DNA from: Candidatus Jordarchaeia archaeon
GTDB lineage: Archaea > Asgardarchaeota > Jordiarchaeia > Jordiarchaeales > Jordiarchaeaceae
DNA length: 64,000 nt
Direction of reading: 5' to 3'
NCBI GenBank assembly: GCA_029856435.1
Contig: JAHQXB010000063.1
Location: forward strand, 7,609 to 71,608
Part shown: positions 25,770-34,350 of the stretch, piece after piece
How the letters are laid out: every line of letters begins with the position of its first letter
Numbering within the stretch: position 1 is the stretch's first letter
Translations under genes and position numbers: made by a program
Notes under the pieces: generated by a model
What the model saw: the letters and a program-made list of their open reading frames with translations, nothing else
Databases searched by the model: none
What the model was told of the DNA's origin: nothing

Positions 25770-28700
25770 GTGGTTGAAATGAAAAACAGGAAAAAAGCTA
25801 CAGTAGCACTCATACTTTGCGCAATACTCTTCTTTACCACGGCAGTCACACTTACCAATATGATACCTTTAGCACTCCCAACTAGCCAGAATAATCCTCC
25901 CCCACCGAAGGAAAACGGAGCTTATGCAATAATCCAGATAAATGGAATATATTACAATGTAACCTGGTTTGAAATAAACAACGAAACCATGAACCAAACA
26001 ATCGAAGACAGCATCGTAGGCACAAATAACTACAGTCTTAACGTCAGCTGGAACAATAATGTTAATTGTTCAGTTGCCATGTCTTTCAACACCACGAATG
26101 ATACAATATATTTCAACGGCGTCCAACTATATATAGGGTATAATAATTCTCCACCAGCTCTCAGGGTGGAGCTAAGAAACGGAACCCAAGAGAACTCAAA
26201 ATGGGTACCAAGCAACGAAACCATAACACACAAAGAATACAGTAGTAGCAATTTTACTCAAGAGGGAAGTTGGAATACTTTACTAAATGAGACATCCATA
26301 AGACTTGTCCCATTACATACCTATTTCATACTGCTCAGGTTGGATGACACTACAGGTGAGGATAATAGTAGTTATTACTATTGGCGGTGTACTCCAGATA
26401 GCGGTAGTGATAGTGATGGTGTCGATGAGGGAAACGCACTGGCCCTAGGATTTAAAGATATAAGCGATTTAAATAACTCTGCTCTTTGGGCTGGCTGCAG
26501 TGATGATTATGACTGCTGGATGATTGTGAATTTCACGAAGCTTCAATACACTCTAAGCCTACAGCTTCCTGTGAATTGGACGCTGAGTTACCTTATGGTG
26601 GATGTTTTCAACAGTACCGGATCTTTCTTTTATCACATTTCGGATAGTGTCTCGGGGAACATTACTGGGGGTACAGGGAGCTTCAATGTTACTCTGCCTG
26701 ATGGCGATAGACTGTATCTTGCAGTTATTAAATTTACAGACATACGTCCAATTTCGTGGTTAACCGTAATTGAAGATACGAGGAATTCTGATGGCTACGC
26801 CCACACTGTAGGAAATATGAGTGAAGCTCAAAGATTTAGGTTGCCACACGACTCAAACAATCTCTCAGTGCAAATATTGATACGCAACACGGGCTTGACA
26901 GAGAATCTCATAGCGGAGATATGGAATGCCACGTTCGTTGAGTCAGTGGGTAGCTATAACCTTACAGGGAAAGTAGTTGAGTTGGATGTGCCATACTGGA
27001 ACGTTAATTCAGACTATAATTGGTATACCCTCAACTTTGAAGGCTACTTCTTGGAAGGGGACTATTTTCTAGTGATTCATACGAAGGACTGGGCGGGCGA
27101 TCCAAGTAGCGGTTTGTTTTACGATTGGGCAAGTCGTACTAGCTTTTATGAGATTCCCCCATTAGAAGGCTATGAAATATGGACTTCACAGGATAACCGC
27201 AACAATTGGAACTGGCAGGATATGCGAGACCCTTACGGTCACAGGTACTGGCATTGTATGAAGGTGGAGTCGTACAATTCAACGGACACAAGGAACATTA
27301 GTATCTGGATTAATGACAAGCTGGTTGGCAACAATTGGGTGTGGAATGATACAGTTTGGATACCGATACAAAAGACTCAGGGTGATAATGTCACCTTCAC
27401 CGTAACCAGTAATATAGACTTTGAGTATAGTTTAGACTATGACATGTATTACTATAATTATAGCTATGATTTGAATAATGAAACGCAGTTCTACGTTAAC
27501 AATTATTCCATGAGCAACAGCACCCAAGGCTATTTCGCCCAGTACTTTACCAGCAGCCAGCTGGGATACAACAGTAGCAAGGGACTGGTTAACCTGACTT
27601 TCAAGGCTTGGAACATAACCAGTAAGGAGTGGATAGTTACAAGCATTAACGCCACAATAAGCGCCTCAATGTATTACACAGAAAACATTTCGGTGCCATC
27701 TGCGACAGAACTAAACTACACTTATATACATAGCAGTGACGCTACCATTTCCCTTTCACAAGAACCCCTACACATCGACTACTCTGACCTAAATGTATGC
27801 GCAGTTGACATGGTTCAACTTAATGGCACAATCCTCTATGGCAACTGGACAAACAACACCTTAACCAGTAAGGTAACAGTGCTCAAAAACGCTTTTAACG
27901 ATACATTAATAGGGCAAGAAATCTTGGCAGGGGACAATGTAACAATCACCGTGAACTTTTACTCCATGGTAAATATTGAAACCCCAATCCTACCCTACAT
28001 TGGTGAGCCAGCCACATTAAATATTACGAATGTAATCGATACTCCTGACTACTTGAACGTAACCATAATAAGACCCAACGGCACAATACAAACGTGTCAA
28101 GGAACCAAGGTGAATAATGAGAACTGGAGCATTAGTTTCACACCTGAAGAAGCCGGAAAATACATTGCGTCAATCACCACGCAATCCACAGGTGAAAATA
28201 TAATAAGGAGAGAAGTGGCAAATCAAAGTTTAGAACAATATTACTATGTATTCAATGTATACCAATTAGGGGTGGGACTTAATAAACCTGACATTGGCGC
28301 CAAGGAAACTCTAAGCCTAGGAGTACCATATACGTTACAGATATGGGTAAGGTACTTACCATTCAACTCCTCGGAAACCCCGCAGGTTAATGTAAGTAGC
28401 ATAACAGTTTTCCTGAATGGTAGTAAAACAATAAATGATCCAGAATTCAATACTTTAACGGGATTCTGGGAGCTTACAATAATATGGAACAGCCTCTGTA
28501 ACCTAAACATCACAGTGAACGTTACTGATGATAACAATAGGATTATCGTCGAAAGTTTTGTAGTTCAAGTGGTCTTCCCAAAACCACCATCACCTATTCC
28601 CATATTATCATTGATGACAGCATATGCGGCCGTGAGTCAGTTCAATATGGACACACTGGCAAGAATCGCCACTATCGTATTCTGGCTACTAATAGTAGTT

Positions 28701-28772
28701 CTCATCTTTATGCGCGTCTTTTATCCAGATACTCTAATCAAAATCCACAAAAAGCTACTGAGAAAAACATGA
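25770..28772 (+). CDS. Large secreted surface protein with very many N-x-S/T sequons and a C-terminal TM anchor (candidate S-layer or surface glycoprotein)
   Basis: 1000-aa ORF. It has an N-terminal signal/TM segment (VALILCAILFFTTAVTL) and a C-terminal TM (IATIVFWLLIVVLIF) followed by basic residues. Sequons occur throughout (NVT, NET, NQT, NYS, NVS, NCS, NTT, NDT ...). Confidence 0.6.
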   Translation: MVEMKNRKKATVALILCAILFFTTAVTLTNMIPLALPTSQNNPPPPKENGAYAIIQINGIYYNVTWFEINNETMNQTIEDSIVGTNNYSLNVSWNNNVNCSVAMSFNTTNDTIYFNGVQLYIGYNNSPPALRVELRNGTQENSKWVPSNETITHKEYSSSNFTQEGSWNTLLNETSIRLVPLHTYFILLRLDDTTGEDNSSYYYWRCTPDSGSDSDGVDEGNALALGFKDISDLNNSALWAGCSDDYDCWMIVNFTKLQYTLSLQLPVNWTLSYLMVDVFNSTGSFFYHISDSVSGNITGGTGSFNVTLPDGDRLYLAVIKFTDIRPISWLTVIEDTRNSDGYAHTVGNMSEAQRFRLPHDSNNLSVQILIRNTGLTENLIAEIWNATFVESVGSYNLTGKVVELDVPYWNVNSDYNWYTLNFEGYFLEGDYFLVIHTKDWAGDPSSGLFYDWASRTSFYEIPPLEGYEIWTSQDNRNNWNWQDMRDPYGHRYWHCMKVESYNSTDTRNISIWINDKLVGNNWVWNDTVWIPIQKTQGDNVTFTVTSNIDFEYSLDYDMYYYNYSYDLNNETQFYVNNYSMSNSTQGYFAQYFTSSQLGYNSSKGLVNLTFKAWNITSKEWIVTSINATISASMYYTENISVPSATELNYTYIHSSDATISLSQEPLHIDYSDLNVCAVDMVQLNGTILYGNWTNNTLTSKVTVLKNAFNDTLIGQEILAGDNVTITVNFYSMVNIETPILPYIGEPATLNITNVIDTPDYLNVTIIRPNGTIQTCQGTKVNNENWSISFTPEEAGKYIASITTQSTGENIIRREVANQSLEQYYYVFNVYQLGVGLNKPDIGAKETLSLGVPYTLQIWVRYLPFNSSETPQVNVSSITVFLNGSKTINDPEFNTLTGFWELTIIWNSLCNLNITVNVTDDNNRIIVESFVVQVVFPKPPSPIPILSLMTAYAAVSQFNMDTLARIATIVFWLLIVVLIFMRVFYPDTLIKIHKKLLRKT

Positions 28773-28905
28773 ATTCTCTCATTTTTTTCATTAATTGATA
28801 GAAGAGATTTTACACCCTCCTCAACTTTAAGTCGGGACTTTATAGCCAATGATTCTGTAATTCCGTACCTCTATTTTTGGAGGGTTAAATAGAGAAAAGG
28901 AGGGA

Positions 28906-29112
28906 TGGTGCGGAGGACGAGATGTGTTCAGGGGGTAGCAGGTACCACCGCCTTTGAACTCGTGTAGGCCTATGTGAACTCCCAGATGACTGGGGGTTTC
29001 TACGCCACAGGAGCTCTGATATGCGAGTGATTTGAACTCGAAAACCTCAGTCCTGCTCCATGCCAGTCGAGCCCTTGAGGGGCGACATTTGACCTGGCTC
29101 GGAAACCTCCGC
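28906..29112 (-). tRNA. tRNA-Leu(GAG) with four introns (D-loop, 37/38, variable arm, T-loop) and an encoded CCA
   Basis: Hand-folded cloverleaf elements:
- acceptor GCGGAGG (29112-29106) / CCTCCGC (28916-28910), then A and CCA;
- D arm TCC-GAGCCAGGTCAAA...GGA;
- anticodon stem CAGGA/TCCTG with loop CTGAGG..C (anticodon 29048-29046);
- variable arm GGC-GTAG-GCC;
- T arm ACGAG-TTCAAA..T-CTCGT.
Intervening segments: 29087-29060 (28 nt), 29044-29014 (31 nt), 28999-28970 (30 nt) and 28952-28923 (30 nt). The 88-nt mature tRNA plus 119 nt of introns gives the observed 207 nt. Confidence 0.85.
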
Positions 29113-29180
29113 ACATATACATATATTGGCAAAATAGGATTACACTAAACCAGTTTTTATAAGTTTCTATGGTAGGTAAC

Positions 29181-29287
29181 GGTGATGTAGATTAGTCCTA
29201 TTCTATCCCTCATTTCGAGGCTCTAAATTATAAAAGAAGCCCTATGAAAGCTTCCTTCGAAGGTGAAACCGAATGAATCTACACCGC
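29181..29287. mobile_element. Possible 107-bp MITE-like element or structured RNA, flanked by a 10-bp direct repeat
   Basis: Direct repeat ggtaggtaac at 29171-29180 and 29288-29297. Just inside lie imperfect inverted ends, ggtgatgtagatt (29181-29193) and aatctacaccgc (29276-29287), with 11 of 12 positions pairing. An internal palindrome ccttcgaagg is present. Confidence 0.3.
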
Positions 29288-29488
29288 GGTAGGTAACAAT
29301 ATAATGCAATATGATTATATTTTTCGTGTTTAAAAAAGGGGATAGCATACTATTAAAAAATTTTTTGGGACTCTATTTTTAAAGAGTAAGGTTCAAAAGG
29401 AAAACGTATAAAAATTATAATGCGTATCCATTTTGTGTGGTAGAACTTTGTCTGAGCCCAAAAATTTATTTAGGATATTTGGAATAGT

Positions 29489-29657
29489 GCAGGGATTTCC
29501 GAGTGGTCAATACCCAGCAGTGGTTGGCTACAGGAGCTGGGCTTAGGACCCAGTGGCGTAGTGGTGTCGGCCTGTTTTGGTGGCGCCGCGTAAGCCTTCG
29601 CGTGTTCGAAAAGAAGCATCAGATTGATGCAGCTCGATAGTCACGCTCCCTGCACCA
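29489..29657 (+). tRNA. tRNA-Leu(UAG) with three introns (D-loop, variable arm, T-loop) and an encoded CCA
   Basis: Hand-folded cloverleaf elements:
- acceptor GCAGGGA (29489-29495) / TCCCTGC (29647-29653), then A and CCA;
- intact anticodon arm CTGGG-CTTAGGA-CCCAG (anticodon 29544-29546);
- T arm GCGTG-TTCGAA[30 nt, 29611-29640]T-CACGC.
Extra sequence: ~19 nt in the D-loop (within 29511-29532) and ~32 nt in the variable arm (about 29562-29593). Confidence 0.85.
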
Positions 29658-29695
29658 ATTTTTAAAAGTAGGTATATGCCCTGTTTATTTGGACT

Positions 29696-30544
29696 GTGAG
29701 GTCTTTATTTTTTGGTTTTTGTTTGACGGTGGTTATTTTGGATAAGCGTATTGATAGGATCGATCGCAAGATTGATAAGGGTAGAATTAAAAGGAAGCGC
29801 TCAGAGGATTTGGAGACGACGCAAGCGGTTATTGATAAGAGAACCGCTATGGTTTTGTACGATTTGATTAATAGGGGTTTTTTGGATAGTATGAAGGGGG
29901 TTGTGGCTTCGGGTAAGGAGTCGAATGTTTATTGGGCGACTGCCGAGGAAAATGGGTTTACTCGGGATTTGGCGGTCAAGATTTATAGGACTTCGACTAT
30001 GGATTTTAAGAGGATTTGGGTTTACATTCAGGGGGATCCTCGCTTTACTAAGGTTAAGAGGGATACGCGTTCCATTGTTTATGCATGGGCTGAGAAGGAG
30101 TTCAAGAATCTTAGGTTGGCGGATGAGGCGGGTGTTAGAGTTCCCAAACCCGTTGTTTGGAGGGGTAACGTTCTCGTTATGGAGTTTATTGGTGAAAATG
30201 GAGTTTCTGCCCCTAGGCTGAGAGAGGCAATGGTTGAGGATCCGGAGCCCATTTTTAAAATTGTTTTTGATTATGTTGCTAAGCTTTATGAGAAGGCGGA
30301 ATTGGTGCATGCAGATCTTAGCGAGTATAATATTTTATATTGGGATGAGCCGGTAATAATTGATGTTTCTCAAGCGGTTCTTCTCAGCCACCCTTTAGCA
30401 TTAGATTTTTTGGCTCGTGATCTAAGGAATATTTTAAGATATTTTTCAAGTTTAGGAGTGGAGGTTCCCTCCTTGGAAGAAGCATATAAAAAAGTTACGG
30501 GTGAAGAATTGGTTGGAGACAAGAGAATTTATAAAAGTTCCTAA
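29696..30544 (+). CDS. rio1: RIO-type serine protein kinase Rio1
   Basis: SGKESNVYWA, AVKIYRTS, LVMEFIG, LVHADLSEYNILY and IIDVSQAV. The GTG start at 29696 gives a hydrophobic leader, so a TTG near 29738 (MDKRIDR...) may be the true start. Confidence 0.85.
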   Translation: MRSLFFGFCLTVVILDKRIDRIDRKIDKGRIKRKRSEDLETTQAVIDKRTAMVLYDLINRGFLDSMKGVVASGKESNVYWATAEENGFTRDLAVKIYRTSTMDFKRIWVYIQGDPRFTKVKRDTRSIVYAWAEKEFKNLRLADEAGVRVPKPVVWRGNVLVMEFIGENGVSAPRLREAMVEDPEPIFKIVFDYVAKLYEKAELVHADLSEYNILYWDEPVIIDVSQAVLLSHPLALDFLARDLRNILRYFSSLGVEVPSLEEAYKKVTGEELVGDKRIYKSS

Positions 30545-31094
30545 AGAGCGGGTGGCAGTCATCATAGGTTCAAATGGACAGGTTAAATCTATAATTGAAA
30601 GGGAAACCAAAACCAAGCTAGACATCAATAGTGAAGATGGCAGCATAGTTATCACTCCAACTGAGGAAACAGATGATCCTTTAGCGGTTTGGAAGGCTAG
30701 AGACATTGTGAGGGCTATTGGCAGAGGCTTCAGCCCCACCAGAGCCCTTAGACTCTTGGATGAGGGGGAACTGTTGGAAATAGTGGATCTCACACTTTTC
30801 ACCAATAAATCTAAGAATTCTCTGACCAGAATTAAGGGTCGGATTATAGGCGCCGGAGGAAAAACGAGAAAAATTATAGAGGAGATCAGTGGCGCCAATA
30901 TATCAGTTTATGGGCACACGGTGGCCATAATAGGAAATGTTGAACAGGGCAGAATGGCTAAGGAAGCAATAATGATGCTGATTAAGGGTGCCCCCCACTC
31001 CACAGTTTATAGTGTCCTCCAGAAGAGAAAAAGGTCCCAAAAGAGAAAATGGACCTCTTGGAAGACCTTGGGAGAAAATCAAATCGGAAGCTAA
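30501..31094 (+). CDS. KH-domain RNA-binding protein (archaeal Dim2/Pno1-like)
   Basis: Two KH-like GxxG regions (IIGSNGQVK, IIGAGGKTRK). It follows rio1, which is the conserved archaeal rio1-KH-aIF1A neighbourhood. Confidence 0.8.
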   Translation: MKNWLETREFIKVPKERVAVIIGSNGQVKSIIERETKTKLDINSEDGSIVITPTEETDDPLAVWKARDIVRAIGRGFSPTRALRLLDEGELLEIVDLTLFTNKSKNSLTRIKGRIIGAGGKTRKIIEEISGANISVYGHTVAIIGNVEQGRMAKEAIMMLIKGAPHSTVYSVLQKRKRSQKRKWTSWKTLGENQIGS

Positions 31095-31096
31095 AA

Positions 31097-31414
31097 TCAA
31101 ATTCCCTTCAAATAACCATTATCCTCAAGCCACTTTGCCTGCCCTTTAGAGTATCTCCAAATTATATCCGCCCTGTCATCCTGAAAGTCCCAAGGGGCAA
31201 CAATGACGACGTCCCCCTCTTTGATCCAGACACGTTTCTTCATTTTTCCTCTTATTCTGCTGAGTCTAACTTTCCCATCGGTACACTTTACTTGAAGGCG
31301 GTCGTAGCCCATCATTTTAACCACTATTCCAAGAATTTCGCCCTGTCTTGGAGTGCGAACCTTCCGGAATTCGCCTTCGTCTTCTTCTATGAGGTCTTTT
31401 TTCTTCGGTGTCAC
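31097..31414 (-). CDS. eif1a: Translation initiation factor aIF-1A
   Basis: 105-aa S1/OB-fold protein (GIVVKMMGYDRLQVKCTDGKVRLSRIRGKMKKRVWIKEGDVVIVAPWDFQ). GTG start. Confidence 0.9.
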   Translation of the reverse strand: MTPKKKDLIEEDEGEFRKVRTPRQGEILGIVVKMMGYDRLQVKCTDGKVRLSRIRGKMKKRVWIKEGDVVIVAPWDFQDDRADIIWRYSKGQAKWLEDNGYLKGI

Positions 31415-31479
31415 AATTTCAACCTTCTTTTAGTCCCTTAAGAATACGTTTCCGTTCTTTTAAAATTTCCTAAATGGCT

Positions 31480-31660
31480 GAACTTGTTAAAAAATTGTTG
31501 TTCGGTTTTTCTTGGTTTGGTGTTTCCGCAGGGTGCTTGAGTGATTCTTGCAGGTTTGCGATGGTGCTCTCCCCGCCGTCATGGGAGGTGGCACCCGCCA
31601 CAACAGAACCTTGGAAGAGTCGCAGTTCAGACCGAGAAACGAAATTATTTTTTAACAAGT
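31480..31660. mobile_element. 181-bp MITE-like element, or excised structured RNA, with perfect 14-bp terminal inverted repeats and an 11-bp flanking direct repeat
   Basis: aacttgttaaaaaa (31480-31493) is the exact reverse complement of ttttttaacaagtt (31647-31660). Both are flanked on the outside by ctaaatggctg (31469-31479 and 31661-31671). The interior is GC-rich with nested helices (ggtgc/gcacc, ctccc/gggag). Confidence 0.45.
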
Positions 31661-31709
31661 TCTAAATGGCTGTTGGGAATTGTTAGGTTTCCTAGAGGAG
31701 TACCGATTA

Positions 31710-32777
31710 TTAAGTTTCTGGTATGAGGATGGTTATTTCTTCGTCTATTTTTATTGCTTGTATTATTTCTCCTTCTTTAAGGTTTGTGTGGGTTTGCTCT
31801 CTTTTTATTTCTGCTATTTCATATGTTTTTAGGTCCATTAGTTGGATGGTATCTTTAGTTTTGGAGATTATGAGGTATTGTTTTGTTTCTGGTTTCCAGC
31901 TTTGTATTTCTGATTCCCAGAAGTCCTTGTACTGTATAATTTGCTTTTCTCCAGTTTTGGGGTTTTTTCCTATAAGGTTGCCTTTTTCGATTTTTTCGAA
32001 TATGAGGGTTTTGTCCGTTAATTGTATAATCTCGCCTGGAGTGAAGGAGGGGAGTCTCACTGATACTGATGTTGTTCCTTTCTTTTTTCCATCCTTCATT
32101 CCGGACAATTTGAATGATTCATGGATATTTGCGCCCATTTGTTCTTTTGCGGATGTGGCAATGCTTTTCGCGAGTCCAGTTGAGCTAACGTAGAGGTCGA
32201 AGCCTTCTTTTTTCTCCTTTATTTCGGGTATGTATTCATCTTTGTATCTTTCAGATTCGAGAGCTTTGTCTATTATTTGGTAGATTTGTTGTCTCTCTTC
32301 TTCGCTTATTCTGCCTCTTAGCCCCCTGAACTGGACTATGGCCTCATAGGCGCCTTGTTTTTTCTTAGTACAAATGCCGCAAGGTGAAGATTCGAGTTTT
32401 ACGGTGACTTTGACCATTTCACTGATGGCAGTGTCGTTTTTTTTGGCGGTTATTAAAATGGGAACATCGATTTTTCCGGTTAATTCCACTTCTTCGGCTA
32501 TCTGTGGTTGTATAATTATCTCAAATTCTGGTGAGTGTTTTATGAAGCGCTGTAAGTTCTGCTCTATTACTATCTCTAAGAATTCTTTCGGGTTAAAGCT
32601 ATTGGTTTGCACCCACTTTTTGGAAAGCTTGTAACTGTAACAGTGTGGACAAATTCTCACTTCAAACTCATGTTTAACACTGAATGGGGGATTCTTCTTG
32701 AGGTAACATGATTCACAGAGGTTTTCAATCAGGGGGATATCTGTTTTTCCACACAGCGCACAGAATCTTTTTGTCAT
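31710..32777 (-). CDS. NMD3-family protein (archaeal 60S-export/ribosome-biogenesis factor homologue)
   Basis: N-terminal Cys clusters CALCG...CESC...CPHC and 355 aa, typical of archaeal NMD3-like proteins. Confidence 0.8.
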   Translation of the reverse strand: MTKRFCALCGKTDIPLIENLCESCYLKKNPPFSVKHEFEVRICPHCYSYKLSKKWVQTNSFNPKEFLEIVIEQNLQRFIKHSPEFEIIIQPQIAEEVELTGKIDVPILITAKKNDTAISEMVKVTVKLESSPCGICTKKKQGAYEAIVQFRGLRGRISEEERQQIYQIIDKALESERYKDEYIPEIKEKKEGFDLYVSSTGLAKSIATSAKEQMGANIHESFKLSGMKDGKKKGTTSVSVRLPSFTPGEIIQLTDKTLIFEKIEKGNLIGKNPKTGEKQIIQYKDFWESEIQSWKPETKQYLIISKTKDTIQLMDLKTYEIAEIKREQTHTNLKEGEIIQAIKIDEEITILIPET

Positions 32778-32804
32778 TTACATGTTACCTCATAAAGTAT
32801 GAAT

Positions 32805-33122
32805 CTACATAATTACCTTTTGTGCGTGGGCTACGCCTTCAATTTTTATGATTCCTTGGGGAGGTATTAGTCCCTCAATTATGGCTTGGGAAACAATGTT
32901 GTTGCCAACTATGTTTATTATGGTTCCTTGTTTGATTGCTGCTATGCCCTCCTCTATTGAGACCAGCTCACCACAATAAAATTCCTTTTTCACCTCTATT
33001 TTGAGCTTGCCTTCTCTGAAGGTTTTTCCTAATATCTCTTCGTCGCAAACGGCAACCATAATTTCATTATTTACTCTCCTTACATGAAGGTAGACTCGCA
33101 TCTTAAAGCTCTCCTTACTCAT
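32805..33122 (-). CDS. DUF424-like small conserved archaeal protein
   Basis: The core MRVYLHVRRVNNEIMVAVCDEEILGKTF... resembles DUF424. The track ORF start (33245) overlaps aIF2-beta, so an internal ATG at 33122 or 33101 is more likely. Confidence 0.55.
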   Translation of the reverse strand: MSKESFKMRVYLHVRRVNNEIMVAVCDEEILGKTFREGKLKIEVKKEFYCGELVSIEEGIAAIKQGTIINIVGNNIVSQAIIEGLIPPQGIIKIEGVAHAQKVIM

Positions 33123-33147
33123 TATGGTAGGTGGCTTTGAAGCAACT

Positions 33148-33558
33148 CTATTGTATGGCTTTGATTGATGCTCTTGCTCCGCAGGCTTCGCACACAAGGA
33201 AGTAGAATCTATCCTGTTTTTCAATATGGGTGTCTGGCTTTCCACACTCGGAACAGAGAACGTAGGTGTGGGTGTATCTTGATATTAGTTCATCAAGAGC
33301 CTTGTTTGTAAACTTTCCCTGGAAAATCGCTCTCTGACCTTCTATAATACCTGCGGTTGCTAACTCCCGCATAAGATACTTCATTAAGTGTTGAGGGTCT
33401 CTGTTCAGAGCCGAAGCTATATCTCTATAGTTTCTAACAATTGTCCTGTTTCCCTCAACAAAAATTACTGATTTGGGGATCTCGAATCTTTTGCGTTCAA
33501 AAACTTCAGGGGGTAACTGTTGACGTGCTCTATCTAATAGACGCTCATAGTTTTCCAT
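33148..33558 (-). CDS. eif2b: Translation initiation factor aIF-2 beta subunit
   Basis: 136 aa. An eIF2-beta/eIF5-type core and a C-terminal zinc ribbon CSECGKPDT...CEACGA. Confidence 0.9.
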   Translation of the reverse strand: MENYERLLDRARQQLPPEVFERKRFEIPKSVIFVEGNRTIVRNYRDIASALNRDPQHLMKYLMRELATAGIIEGQRAIFQGKFTNKALDELISRYTHTYVLCSECGKPDTHIEKQDRFYFLVCEACGARASIKAIQ

Positions 33559-33578
33559 TACACAACCACCTCGAGTGT

Positions 33579-34250
33579 TTAGAGTTTCCTGTAAGTCTGT
33601 GGCCTGGGCTCATAGATTGTTCCATCAGACAACAACTCTGTGAGGCAGGACTCTAATTCCTTAAGTGATAATCCAGTTTCTTTCTTTATGATCTGGAAAT
33701 CCACTCCTTCACCTTCGTCAAATTTTTCGATAACTTCCATAATGCGGGTAATCTTACTGGCGAGGTCTTCTTCAGGTACAGTTTTATCTTCTTCGGATAC
33801 TCCAATATCTTCTTTTAGAGGGCTAGTCTCACCTACAGGTTTTAACAACATTAACTCCAATTCTCTAACAATTTCCCAATTGGGGTCGTCAACATTTATA
33901 ACAAGTTCTGGGACTAAATAAACCTCGCCCCGATACTCTTTAACCTTACCGATAATGTCTACTATATCACCAATCTGGACCTTATTAATAGGGGAATTCT
34001 GATTCTTCCAGAACTTAGCCCTAATTGTCTCGGAACCATCATCAATTGTAATGCTACCAAAGTCTGGCTGGGAGCTGATAAACTTGTCGACCACAGTTCC
34101 CATAACCCTAGCTCTCTGAACCTCTAATCCTGAACCAGTAACGATAAACCGCCCATTAGGTTTTTCCACCCACTTACCATTAACCAGATCCGAAATATGC
34201 ACCTTATACGCGGTGGCCCTCTTTTTAATGATTCTACTCAACTCCATCAC
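33579..34250 (-). CDS. OB-fold plus C-terminal winged-helix protein (RPA32/Stn1-like ssDNA-binding subunit)
   Basis: OB-like core (RARVMGTVVDKF...ITIDDGSETIRAKFW...GDIVDIIGKVKEYRGEVYL), an acidic linker, and a C-terminal wH (VDFQIIKKETGLSLKELESCLTELLSDGTIYE). Confidence 0.55.
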   Translation of the reverse strand: MMELSRIIKKRATAYKVHISDLVNGKWVEKPNGRFIVTGSGLEVQRARVMGTVVDKFISSQPDFGSITIDDGSETIRAKFWKNQNSPINKVQIGDIVDIIGKVKEYRGEVYLVPELVINVDDPNWEIVRELELMLLKPVGETSPLKEDIGVSEEDKTVPEEDLASKITRIMEVIEKFDEGEGVDFQIIKKETGLSLKELESCLTELLSDGTIYEPRPQTYRKL

Positions 34251-34350
34251 TCTGAAAATTTCTTAAACAGTTTAACATCTTTATTCGACACATTCCAGAA
34301 CGATTTCCAATAAGCATTAATTTGGAATCCTAAGGGTGGATTTTGAACGT

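Noticed and set aside
28906-29112. SRP RNA or RNase P RNA, suggested by GGAGCAGG, CCAGGTC and the long-range GCGGAGG/CCTCCGC helix
   Set aside because: No GNRA-flanked helix-8 motif or CR-I element is present. The sequence is fully accounted for as a class II tRNA with four introns.
28827-29132. A 101-aa ORF on the minus strand (MPIYVYVRRFPSQ...)
   Set aside because: It lies entirely over the four-intron tRNA-Leu(GAG) gene. Its GC-rich, structured sequence and TTG start are explained by the tRNA, so it is spurious.
31474-31665. The 63-aa ORF MAELVKKLLFGFSW...
   Set aside because: It spans exactly from one flanking direct repeat to the other of the MITE-like element. It has no SD or promoter logic and no protein-like motifs. 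Its high GC content is due to RNA-type helices.
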